A DNA stretch of 58,313 nt, filler included, from Dugesia japonica (taxonomy: Eukaryota): the NCBI GenBank assembly GCA_001938525.1. It is 5 parts of 5 records of this genome, joined end to end, with 100 filler letters (N's around TTAATTAATTAA, not from the genome) between each part and the next. Parts side by side here need not be neighbours in the genome. Positions count along the whole stretch, not along the records: positions 38,478 to 48,512 come from MQRL01648548.1; positions 48,613 to 58,313 come from MQRL01598057.1; 3 more parts are not named here. One strand, written 5' to 3'. The notes beneath the pieces were generated by a model. The model was not told the DNA's origin. It did no database searches and was given only the letters and a program-made list of their open reading frames with translations. The number at the start of each line of letters is the position of its first letter. Position 1 is the stretch's first letter. The position numbers and the translations under genes were made by a program. Below are positions 41,601 to 52,278 of the stretch, piece after piece.

Positions 41601-44600
41601 AAAGTATCGTTTATGTGCTACACTAGTCCACTCATTGAGAGTTATACTAAATCGTTTTATCGCTGTGTTTGACATTTGTGGTGATAATAATTTGTTTCAT
41701 TTTAATTCTTTCGAAAAATGAAATAACTAAATTCATGTAGTTGCATTTGATGGCAAAGAATAAACTCGATTAGCAATCAGTTTTCTAATAAAGACTTTTT
41801 GTGATACTATTTACAGTAAAACCATCTTTAGCTACCAACCTGGAAACTCTATCATCCAAACTTTGTCTTATAATATATTTTAAGATTGACGAACTTTCCG
41901 CATTGTAGATTAATTTCTTGTATGGAGTTGCGGATAATTAAATGTCTGATTCATTGATTCAGNNNNNNNNNTATTCCATGTTTTGATTTCATGTGATTGA
42001 TAAGAGCTGACATTGTAGATTCTTTGCGTGAAATTTGAGTTATACTTTTTGTTTATGACGCTCGATCACCATTTCTTCTAAAATATTTCCGAACTATACG
42101 ACATATTTATTTCCTATGAACAATAATATTTATTTAAGTTTTGATAAAGTCAATTTAATTAAATGATTAAAACTTACGTATTTTATTATAAACNNNNNNN
42201 NNNNNNNNNNNNNNNNNNNNNNNNNNNNNNNNNNNNNNNNNNNNNNACAACTTATATTTATAATGAAAATACTATTCAAAAATAATCGAGGAAAAAACAA
42301 TCAATGCCTTTTTTAAATTCATAAAATATTATCCATCGAAAGTATACAGTCAATGTTTATATTTATTTAGTAATGTTATAATATTGAATTCTACAATCAA
42401 TTTTTCACATTTTTAGCTTCGTGAATGACTCATCTAAAAATAAATTATATTTGATAAGTGAGTTTGAGACAATCATCGTAAATGTAAAACAATTTTTGAA
42501 TTCATAATTTATTAATCAAATTAAAAAAGAAAGATTTAAGTTTGTTTTTCAAAAAGATTTAACAAAGGCAACAATCCGCATTTCAACTTTAATTTTTAAA
42601 TTGAATTCCTACAAATTTAAAAATTTTTATTTTATCTCAAAATGTATTGTACTAAATTTTTAAATCATTTCTAACGCATAATATATTTTAAAAATTATAT
42701 TTTAAACTAGCTATACTCGGCCACGCGTTACTGTTTCTAATATAGTTAATTTTACAAATTAAATTTCCTTATTTAAAATTAAATAAATAAATTTTAAATA
42801 ACGAAATTTGTTTTACAAAACATTTGTTTAATATAGACATCAATGGTTAAGTTAATTTTTTAATAGAAAAGAAATTTTAAAATGAAAATTTATCAAAAGA
42901 AATTTATTTAATGGTTTGCATCAAATTACCGAGAATATTTCCAATAAATTTAAAATTAATTTTAATCAGATTAATGTAAACTGTGTTTCTATTTAAATGT
43001 TTATAACTAGAATGAATTGAGCAATAGTTACTGCAGAATGCTTAGCTGAAATATTTTACCATATATGAAAATAGAAAAACATCATTTTGATCTTTGCATA
43101 TGAAAATCAATTTTAAATAACGAAATTTGTTTTTCAAAACATTTGTTTAATATACAGATCAATAGTTAAGTTAATTTTTAGAAAAGAAATTTTAAAATGA
43201 AAATTTTTAAAAAGAAATTTGATTAATATAGATAAATTAATGAATATTTTTAATAATAATCACACACGGTGATTTAAATGGATTTAAATAATGTTTAAGG
43301 CGTCTGTAAATCTTTGACAGAATACTTATTAATTTGTTCAGGATCAATTTACACTGGCTCCTGTGATAGAATATAATGTTGCATTTCTAATGGATAATAA
43401 TCACTTCCAACAATTTAATCGTCAATTTATTCGATGTCAATCTGAAAATCTTTTAATTTTAACTCGAAATAATTATCCTTCCGATACTCCAATATTGCCA
43501 ATTTCATTAGATAATCAAAAATATTTCCCACCAGAAGGTAAGTGAATTTTACTTTTATGATTTGATAAATTAACGTAAATATTTTAGGATTATATGATTA
43601 AATTTTTACAAAAAATAATTGACGTTGAAATTGAACATATTCTTATTTATTTAAATGATTAAATTATTTAATTTACTAAATTATTTAATAGAATTCTTTG
43701 GATGGAACTTGATTTTTGAAACTCTTTATGTAATTCATCAACTGATAATCATTGTGCAGAACCTCTGGGTTGTTATTAATAATCCACTTTTTATCATAAG
43801 TGAATCACTTCTGTAAATGTTCATAACATTTAAATATTTTACCTTAGAAGATTTAGACTTGGCATTTTCATGTTTAGTCTGGCATTGTGAACAATAACTG
43901 GGCGTCAGTCTTGACATACTATCAGCATTGAAATGATGTTTCCCTTTCCTATACTTCAATACAAAATCATATTCTTATAACTTGTTCATCCAAGTCTGAA
44001 ACTGCGGCGTAATTAGCTTTTTCGAATTCTTTATAAACTCTAAAGCTTTGTGACAAAAAATAGATAATACCAAAAATGTCGAATAAATTCTTAAAGTGCC
44101 AATATCTCCTTCCTGGTCACGCAATATCCTTTTTCAGGTGCTTTTAACAACCTTTATCCATATGCTATTAAGACTTTCAGATAATTTAGTAATTGGCTGA
44201 ATACAGCACCAATTTCCGAAAAGATTTCATTAGTATTCAGAATGAATCGATCTTCTGAGTTAGGACATTCTAATGTTTGAGAGTTAAAGAGGGTTTTTTT
44301 AATTTTCCCGAAACTTATCTTGCATTCCTTTGTTCACACTATCTCGTGCTTTTGACCTTCGGTAACACCATATAAAGGTGTAGCAATTTGATAAAAATTC
44401 TTTATGAATTTCCTGTAATAGTTTGTCATTCTAATAAAAATTTGTAACTGTTTAGTAAATCTGGAATTCATATATTAACAATCTTTTTGACTTTCTCTGA
44501 ATTTGGTTTTAATAAAATTGGTTTATTGTATGACTCAAAAACCCGAGCTCTTCTTGATACAGTTTACATTTGGCTGGATTTACTTTAAGATCAGATGCTC

Positions 44601-46541
44601 AATTTCTTCGAAATACTTCTGATAGAATACCATCATGTTCCTTCTAATTTTTTGCAAAGATTAGAATACCATCGATATAAAAGTCAACGCCTTTAAAGAG
44701 AATATCCGACAAAATTGTATGCATTAATTTTTGAAACGTAGCTGGAGCGGTTGATAGGCCGAATGGCATGCGATTATAACAGTACTGGTCTTTCTTTTGC
44801 AAAAAAGCGGTTTTAATTTTATCTTCTTCTAGTTCTACTTGATAATACACTTGATCTATATCTAGTGTTTAAAATATGGTACATTCACTAAGATAATCGA
44901 ATAACATTTGAGGATCTAGCATAGGAAACGAAAATTTATCAGTTGCTTCATTCAATAATCTGAAATCCTGATACATACGAATAGTTTCATTCTTTTGTTA
45001 ACAATCACCATAGGTGAGTTCCACGGGCTACTGCACTCTTTTATAATGTCGCTTTTGACAAGTGTATCAATCATTTCATCGATCTTGCTTTCTAGATACA
45101 TTATTTGTTATCTTGGCTGTTGTAAGACAGGATTTCCTGTTGTTTGAATATGATGTTTAAACTACGTTATCTTTCATGAATTTTTTGACTGATTATACTA
45201 AAATCTTCAATCATTCGTAAAAAAGATTTATCTTTGACAGCATTTGAATCAATCTCTTGCTGATTTGTGGTATATTTTGGTTTGTGATATGCAAGCTAGC
45301 CATAAATCCTAAACGCCGCCATCTAATAAAAAATCAAAAGTTGACATTAGATCAAAGTCATTAGTGGCTAAGAACGTTTCAATTCCTTTCAACCCAACAA
45401 TTGGATCTTCATCATAATTTCCTGAAAATTTTGTTTTTCTTGGAAATAACAATTCTTGCGATTTTTTTGGTAAGGCTTCATCAATTTTTTTCGCTTCTGC
45501 TGCTTGATTCCTTGTTATTGAATTGACATGGCAGTGGTCGCCAGTTACATCAGTAATAATTAATATCTTGAAAAAACATTTATTTAGAACAATTTAATTA
45601 AAATAATAAAAAAAAGTAACAATAACAAAAAATAATGTAATTTCCGTCATTGAATTGTTATGGATCTTTTTGGTCGAACTTGGATGATCAACCTAGTAGT
45701 CAGTAACTTGGAAGTTAAATATTCCAATGTGGAACTTTTTGAACCAATCCTTTGCCGTACTCCAGACCACAGCACTTTCTTTGAACATCACAAATATCTC
45801 AGAACGCTTCTGCAACTTTTAGACCTCGATTAAAAGCGAATAAAAGTAGATGCCTAAAATATTGTTTTTTAACTACTTCACATTCCATTTTTGAAAGCTA
45901 AGATTTAAAAAAAAATTACTGACATTAAAAATTACTGCGACTTTGAAGACCACATAAGAGCTTTCAAATAAATGTTATTTTTCAATTATGAAATTGGTGT
46001 AGATAAACAAACTTACAATAAAAAATTAAAATCACGAAAAATTATGTTACAACATGATATATTCAAATTTATTTATTTTACAATTTTTTTTTCTTCAAAA
46101 TTTTGTTTAATTGATTTACTATCAGGGTTCATATTACAATTCTATCTGTGGGCAGAATATGATCAAAATGATGCAATTGAGTCTCAAACAATTCTGCATT
46201 TGCATTCCATTAAACAAGATAATTATTTATTGGTAAAACTGTTAAATGGATATATTCTAGCTATAGAAGTGTTCATGTCAAATAATCCAATTCATTTACC
46301 ACTTCGACAGATAAAAATCGTAAATAACAAGTAAATTTATTTATTGATTATTTGAATAATTATTTTCTTTTTTTTTAACTCAAGATGGAATAAAATAAAT
46401 ATTCAAATTTCGCAAACAGAAATAGTATTTCAAATTAACTGTGATAAAATCCAATCGATTTCAAATGAACAATTGATCGATTGGTCATCATTAGAACAAT
46501 TGCACATCCTATATGAACCACAAACTTTAACTACATTTGAA
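38668..46541 (+). CDS. Partial gene with a Ser/Thr-rich region and a LamG/thrombospondin-N (TSPN)-like domain; exons 38668-38946, 43342-43537, 46126-46330, 46385-46541
   Basis: All four exons have AG/GT borders and compatible phases (0,1,2,0). The joined peptide contains KYFPPEGFILQF and NNKWNKINIQISQTEIVFQINCD, similar to the collagen/NELL TSPN motifs FP..FS and DG.WH.I..SV....V.L.VDC. Confidence 0.7.
39376..39685. repeat. Tandem triplication of a ~109-bp AT-rich unit
   Basis: AAAATAC(C)TTT(T)ATT..ACCTAT...CATAATATAAAATAT repeated three times. Confidence 0.7.
40390..40768 (-). mobile_element. Penelope-like retroelement 3' remnant (GIY-YIG C-terminus + pseudo-LTR)
   Basis: The minus strand gives decayed KRIKEH...CEAL.I...VQ...LKVFN*, followed by a hammerhead motif. 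It is cut at ~40769 by the adjacent hAT end. Confidence 0.7.
40407..40450 (-). ncRNA. Minimal type I hammerhead ribozyme (Penelope-associated)
   Basis: Minus strand: TTGC-CTGAAGA-T-GACAG atata CTGTC-GAAAC-TT-GTC-GTGA. It has the CUGANGA and GAAA core boxes, a perfect 5-bp stem II and a GUC cleavage triplet. Confidence 0.75.
40769..42110 (-). mobile_element. Degenerate hAT (Ac/hobo-like) transposon
   Basis: C-terminal dimerisation motif PTSIESERTFSSAGLFATKLRSRLDD (ORF 40962-41177), plus FSITLNEWTS and VSRLVAKDGF. Subterminal CGAATA/TATTCG repeats at 40780-40840. Confidence 0.85.
42707..43232 (-). mobile_element. Non-autonomous Helitron
   Basis: The minus strand starts TCTATATTAA (43232) and ends ACAGTAACGCGTGGCCGAGTATAGCTAG (42707), inserted between A and T. 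There is an internal ~120-bp duplication (42791-42910 / 43109-43225). Confidence 0.7.
43690..45882 (-). mobile_element. Degenerate Ty3/Gypsy LTR retrotransposon (5' LTR ~45544-45882, PBS, deleted gag, RT, RNase H), antisense in an intron
   Basis: PBS TGGCGACCACTGCC at 45543-45530. RT motifs SPWNSPMVIV, KTAF, RMPFGLSTAPATFQ and FYIDGILIF; RNase H motifs IGAVFSQ and YCVTRKEILA; KYRKGKHHFNADSMSR. Confidence 0.9.
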
Positions 46542-47049
46542 GTAAAAATTTGATTTCTATTAATTTTTCATTACCAAAATTTATTTGAAAATCAAATTAT
46601 TTATTATTAAATTTTATTAATAGCAATAATTTTGATATTTCAAAAGATTTTGCAGTTTATGTGAAATATTGAAAATAAATTAGAAAATATTTTTTAAAAA
46701 TTAAGTATTGATTTAATTTTAAAATAATGTAAATTTTTTTATAAATATTTAAGGAAGAACACAATAGTCGAAAATTTGAATATCTATAAAACAACAATTT
46801 AATTTGATCGATGCTATTACTTTATTTTAATGAAATATCAAATGCGATCAATGGTTAAATCCAACAAATAATATCGAAATAATTGTAATTATAAAACAGT
46901 GTAGAATTTCTACGGATTTAAGAAGTTAGTTTATTGAATATATTAATTAAAATATAAGATTAATGATAAATTAATTAATTTATAAATTAAAAAATGTTTA
47001 AATGATTTGTTAAAAAATTTGTGTGAAATCTAAGCAAATATTAAACAAG

Positions 47050-47770
47050 GGCATCTTTCAGACTAGAGATCCTTTCCAGTCTAAATCATGTACTGGTTTG
47101 ACCAGCTTAAAGCTGTTTACCAAAACAAAAAGAGAACAAATAAAAAGTAGGCGCAAAGAAATAGTGGGATAATTTTTGAATCCCTATATATAATTTCCTC
47201 TATCAGACACGCTGAATCCGGAATCATAGTCTTAAAGCTCTTTCATCTCCAATGTACCAGAGTGTCAGTTATGAAAGGACCATTGCCTACTCGACCAAGA
47301 TATACATTCCCTGATCGAGACAAGAGCAAATTTTCTGATTAAATTAACGCGGAATCCAGCATGTTTGAACACTGACTCATTTTCTATACAAAACGACAAG
47401 AGACACCCTACTGAGATTGTCTCAAGTAGGACATTCCAACTCGAAAAATTTTTCTGGATCTTCTCCTTGAGTAGAGTATACTTATTGATGTTCATGTCCC
47501 TCACTAATTTTATATTACTAGAAGTGTCGTATGGTTTCTTCACATCTAGTAAAATTATACACTTCCCTGCGCTATTAATAAGCTGCAAATCAACGCGATC
47601 ACTCCTATTAACAAAGTCACAGGTCTGATAGACAATGACTTTGAAGCTTGTGTTAGCAAACAGTATGTTTGAGAGGGAAGACGCTCCAATAGAGGGGGCA
47701 ACGCTCCAGTCTATGATAAAACATTCCATTACTTTGTATAATTCCAACCTAGAAGACTTTAAAGACTATA
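47050..47770 (-). mobile_element. 3' fragment of an RLE-type non-LTR retrotransposon (NeSL/Utopia/R4-like)
   Basis: ORF 47265-47747 has the restriction-like endonuclease signature DRVDLQL...IILLDVKKPYD...NKY..L...ISVGCLLSF...ISWSSRQW, followed by a ~200-bp GC-richer 3' UTR. Confidence 0.8.
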
Positions 47771-47779
47771 AGCTCAATG

Positions 47780-48400
47780 TATCATAACCAAGCTTTTAAA
47801 AAAGTTTTAAAACTGAATAAGTTAAAAAAACTTGATTTATGGATTCCTTCTAAAAATAAAATAATTAACATAACGCAATGCATAAGCATCTGCAATTTGT
47901 TAATAAAACAAAACAAAAATGATCCTTTTCTGTAACTATTGATAACTGGAGATGAAAAGTGGATTACTTTTAACAATGGAAATCGAAAAAGATCGTGATT
48001 TAAACATGATTAATGAACACAAATAACGTTCAAAGCTGAAACCAATTAAAAAAAGGTTATGATATCAATTTGTATATCAATTAATATATTAAGGAATCAA
48101 ACAATCAAATAAGATGTTTATATTCATAAATTAAACAAATTAAGTAACAGTCATCTAAGAAATGTTACCAAGATTGAAAAATCATAGAACTTTCGTCGTT
48201 CACCACGACAACGATAACCAACACACATATTTGACTACTTGACAAATGTTTTGGAGATAAGCTGAGATGTATGGCTACATGCACTATGTATTCCAGACAT
48301 AACACCATCGGATTACCAATTCTTTTGTTCCAAGCAAATTTTTTTAATGGTAAAATATTTAAAATTATTAAGAAGTTAGATTTTGAGATTTCATTTAAAT
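47780..48400 (+). mobile_element. Degenerate mariner transposase remnant
   Basis: DPFL..LITGDEKWITFNN, HHDND and PDITPSDYQF motifs. Confidence 0.85.
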
Positions 48401-48512
48401 AAAAGCTTCGATCAAATGCTTTTTTATACTATTTTGAATTTTCGAATTTGTCTTCATTCAGGAATTGACTTTTTGTCCATTATTTTCGCAATGATTGTAA
48501 TTGTAAAAATTA

Positions 48513-48612
48513 NNNNNNNNNNNNNNNNNNNNNNNNNNNNNNNNNNNNNNNNNNNNTTAATTAATTAANNNNNNNNNNNNNNNNNNNNNNNNNNNNNNNN
48601 NNNNNNNNNNNN
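48513..48612. other. Artificial contig linker
   Basis: TTAATTAATTAA at 48557-48568 between N runs. Confidence 0.9.
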
Positions 48613-48697
48613 CAGAGTCAACCAAATACTTGCTTGCATTATTATCAGGTCGAGTTCTTGGACAACTATTGCTTGGCAAAACTATAAAGAAACTCAT
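48613..48697 (-). CDS. Probable Polinton minor capsid (penton) protein, N-terminus only
   Basis: MSFFIVLPSNSCPRTRPDNNASKY matches the Maverick motif FY.TLPSN.S...YP.N....F. It directly follows the integrase and is truncated by the contig end. Confidence 0.65.
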
Positions 48698-49752
48698 TAC
48701 TAGATTTGAGAGCCTGAATCCACGTAGGCTTTGAATATCCATGCCATTCAGCTAGATATTGTTTATATTGGCCTTGACCTTTGGTTTTGAGAATTTATTT
48801 GATTCGATATATACTTAGTTTTTCCGGCAGCACTTGCAACTCATGCTCATAAAATTTGCATTGAATAATATTACCATCTTTATCACGTATTACATATATG
48901 ACTGGGGTTAGTCTCGATTAGATTTTCAAGATTTGAAAGACTTCATCACTCCAATTATTATCAAAGTTTTTAATGAATGACGTAGTACTAATTCGAGAAA
49001 TCCGTACATGTTGTCCAACTTTATATTTTGGTTTTGGTTTTTTATTGATGAAATACTGTGTATAATCATCATTATCTGTAACATCAACTGGTTTTNNNNN
49101 NNNNNNNNNNNNNNNNNNNNNNNNNNNNNNNNNNNNNNNNNNNNNCTCCAATACCTCTGTGCTCAAAATGGTAGTATGCATAAATCATTTTTGGTAAAAC
49201 ATGTATCCATTTCTTGTTAACTTGTTTGGTAAAGAACTTGTTTAATCGCGTAAGTGTTGTTCGATTAAATCGCTCAACTAGAGCGGTCTTGTACTGAGAA
49301 AATACTGAATAGTACAGTATACCATATTGTTTCAGTAATGATTTGACCTGGGTATTATAAAAGTCTTTACCTAAATCAGTTTGAATAGCTTTTAGATGGA
49401 CATCTTTAAACATTACCGTCAAAGCCAACAACATATCTTTACCAGATTTTCGTTTTACTGAAACCGCACGTGCAAATTGACAAAATACATCAACACATGT
49501 CAAAATATATTGATAATCATTATTTATACTTGCGTATGGAATCATTTCCATCAAATCTATTTGCCATAGTCTATTAACCTCAGCAANNNNNNNNNNNNNN
49601 NNNNNNNNNNNNNNNNNNNNNNNNNNNNNNNNNNNNNNNNNNNNNNNNNNNNNNNNNNNNNNNNNNNNNNNNNNNNNNNNNNNATTTGCAAGCTTTGAAA
49701 TACCTGCGTATCCAACCGGGTCCTCTGGATTGTTCCATAGTTGTTCCATCAA
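48690..49752 (-). pseudogene. Polinton retroviral-like (rve) integrase with C-terminal SH3-like region and chromodomain
   Basis: DDE triad WQIDL / IQTDLGKDF / LVERFNRT; YILTCVDVF; KYKVGQHVRIS, NWSDEVF and KFYEHELQ; chromodomain KQYLAEWHGYSKPTWI. There is an in-frame stop at 48918, with frameshifts and gaps. Confidence 0.9.
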
Positions 49753-49903
49753 CTTGATCGCGCGAAATACAAAAACGAATTTTTAGTGAAATGTCTGGAA
49801 TATTAGAAGAAGGTGCAACACTAATTTATATTGCAATATCGAAACGAATTTAAAGTGTTTATACAGAATCAATAATTTTTTTGTAGCATATTCTGTAGCA
49901 GCC

Positions 49904-50314
49904 TCAACTGTACCAGTTGCAGCCGTTTTTCCCAACCAACTTTAAATCGGTAAAAGTAAAGCCCAAACAAATCAATTTCCATTTTGTCCATAATAAACTT
50001 GTTTTTTGCTCTTCTTGATTTCTTTTTGTATAGGAAAATGTCTTTCTAGTATTCGTTTCTTTTCGGCCAAATTCATTGATTTTGCCATATCTACAAGAGC
50101 TTCTTGATACTTTTTCAATCGATATTTTCCACTTTTGTGACCAACATCGACTCGACTCTAAACAACTTGCTGGCATTGAGTGTATAATTTGCCATCGAGA
50201 ATTTGATGGAGCCTTTAAAATTGCCTTAAAATATGGAATACTTAGTGAAAATCGTCTCAAATTACCACCATCACCACTCTTTTGTTTTATGACAATTTTT
50301 TTAAATCGATTCAT
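49904..50314 (-). pseudogene. Small basic Polinton conserved protein (PM-like/virion core precursor), frameshifted
   Basis: First frame: PYFKAILKAPSNSRWQII. Second frame: RLKKYQEALVDMAKSMNLAEKKRILE...GQNGN*FVWALLLPI, resembling the Maverick LK.L.KA.P..R..I...KK.IL.Q.GGF...LL.P pattern. It sits between the ATPase and the integrase. Confidence 0.6.
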
Positions 50315-50336
50315 TTCTTGTTTCTTTTATTAAGTA

Positions 50337-50961
50337 CTAGTTTTGTTTATACCAATGGTTTGAAACTGTTATTTCTTCCGAATTGAATATATTAGTTTTT
50401 ACTCGTTCATCATCAGGAAATTGTTGTGTAAAATCAATAAATAAATATCCATGTGGTTTTGTAGTAACATTGCGAAATGCGTCTGATAAAAATCCTTTAT
50501 GTTGAGGAAATGCTTGACGGGAAATATAGTCAACAACAGTTTTTGAATAAAAACAAATAATGGACATTTAAATTACGTGTACGATGCATGCCGCCTTGAT
50601 GGAAAAGATTTTGGGTAATGAAGATAACAGTTACATTACCATGACGAGCAGTTTTTGTAAAGAGATTATTAAAATCAGCCTGCTTATTTGNTTCTTGAAA
50701 AAAGTCATCGATTACAATGACATTGCCAGTATTTAATCTCTTTAACCAATCATCATCAAATCCATCAATTATCGTAATCTTTCTTAACTTGCAAAACTCA
50801 CCATTAGTCAAACCGGTTTCACATCCACCACCTTGATTCCAATAAATATTTTTAAACTTTGTCCGAAACAATTTGCTTTGTAGTAATTTGCAAACACATA
50901 ATGTTTTGCCGCTTCCACTAGGACCGAATATTTGAAAAACCACGTTGTTCTGTAGTAACAT
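50337..50961 (-). pseudogene. A32/FtsK-family DNA packaging ATPase (one frameshift at ~50535)
   Basis: Walker A GPSGSGKT, Walker B VIVIDD, LFTKTARHGNVTVIFITQNLF, RNLNVHYLFLFKN. It continues in the next frame as YISRQAFP...KPHGYLFIDF..RVKTNIF. Confidence 0.92.
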
Positions 50962-51042
50962 TTTACAGAAACCATAGAAATGATTTTGTTTATATGGAAA
51001 GAGTAAATAAGCTCATGATTATTGCTCATTCGTCACTAAACA

Positions 51043-51463
51043 ATGTTATCAAACCTTAATTACAAAGCTCATCTAATTGATTCACTTTCAGATCTTCAAT
51101 TTAATACCTGGAAGAAACCCAGGCAATATGTAATGAAAATGAAAGATTATTCAGTAATTGTTTTTGAATCGGTAAAATGTCGAATCATGGGATGCAAAAA
51201 AGCGATCATAGATAAACAAATCACTTGTAAAAATATCAATATACAAATAGATGGTATTCTGTCAATTACTGTAACATGTGATCTTGGACAGGGAGTGAAC
51301 TTATATAGATTGAGCAGTGTAGTAGACTGTTGGTTCAAACCAGAATTATTTCCTGCATTAAGAGTCAGCAGATACAAGCCCTTATGTGTCAATGTTTTTG
51401 CCAGTGGAAAAGTGGTGATTCTGGGACTAAAGTCATTGGATTATCATGAAATTATCAAAACAA
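51043..51463 (+). CDS. TATA-box-binding protein (TBP)-like protein, compact and intronless (3' end falls in an N gap; ORF track extends it to 51681)
   Basis: Two TBP repeats. Repeat 1: FNTWKKPRQYVMKMKDYSVIVFESVKCRIMGCK. Repeat 2: ILSITVTCDLGQGVNLYRL...WFKPELFPALRVSRYKPLCVNVFASGKVVILGLKS, compared with the canonical IQNIVGSCDV.F.IRLE.L...YEPELFPGL.YRM.KP.IV.LIFVSGK.VLTGAK. Confidence 0.88.
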
Positions 51464-51699
51464 NNNNNNNNNNNNNNNNNNNNNNNNNNNNNNNNNNNNN
51501 NNNNNNNNNNNNNNNNNNNNNNNNNNNNNNNNNNNNNNNNNNNNNNNNNNNNNNNNNNNNNNNNNNNNNNNNNNNNNNNNNNNNNNNNNNGAACATCAAC
51601 CAAACCGTTCGGAAATTTAAAAATCACCGTTTTCACTTGCTGGATAAACCAATTATTATAAATACTGAAGACAGTGTATAGATTGAAAAATTAAAAAAC

Positions 51700-51945
51700 A
51701 TGTATTTAATAAAGAAAATGAGTGAACGAGATCTCGAGAAAATGAGGCAAGCAATGAAACAGTTGGATGTTGATTTAGAGTTTAAAGAACAATCTTTCGA
51801 CAATCTTTACTTACAGGGTCATAAAATAACAATTTTGGATGTTATTAGTAGGAAAATGGAAAAAATGGCAAAATCGATAAAATGTCGACTTGAAATTGCT
51901 CTGAATGGCTTTAAACAAATGATCCATAAAAAGGTTCCTTTGTGA
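51700..51945 (+). CDS. Small helical/coiled-coil hypothetical protein, probably Polinton accessory
   Basis: 81-aa open frame with natural charged composition, directly downstream of and co-oriented with the TBP-like gene. Confidence 0.45.
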   Translation: MYLIKKMSERDLEKMRQAMKQLDVDLEFKEQSFDNLYLQGHKITILDVISRKMEKMAKSIKCRLEIALNGFKQMIHKKVPL

Positions 51946-52210
51946 GACATTAAACAATTTATATATGATTATCAATGAATGATGTTGTTTATGTATGTTT
52001 ATTTTTATAATATAATTTTGAATTCAATTTTTATTTACGGTTTTTTAACATTTGATTAAATTTTTAGCAATATAAATTATAANNNNNNNNNNNNNNNNNN
52101 NNNNNNNNNNNNNNNNNNNNNNNNNNNNNNNNNNNNNNNNNNNNNNNNNNNNNNNNNNNNNNNNNNNNNNNNNNNNNNNNNNNNNNNNNNNNNNNNNNNN
52201 NNNNNNNNNN

Positions 52211-52278
<68 letters not shown>

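Larger units (their letters stand above)
48613..51945. mobile_element. Polinton/Maverick (adintovirus-like) endogenous element fragment
   Basis: Tightly packed intronless genes: minor-capsid N-terminus, rve integrase with chromodomain, small basic PM-like ORF, A32-type ATPase, then divergent TBP-like and coiled-coil ORFs. pPolB, MCP, protease and TIRs are not visible; the contig starts inside the element. Confidence 0.88.

Noticed and set aside
50076-51392. Overlapping ORFs 50076-50333 (+), 50808-51029 (-) and 51147-51392 (-)
   Set aside because: Shadow or alternative frames of the PM-like, ATPase and TBP-like genes, with no recognisable motifs.
51043-51463. Interpretation as the host's canonical TBP or TRF2 gene
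   Set aside because: Far too divergent and short for the highly conserved host core, intronless, and embedded among Polinton genes.
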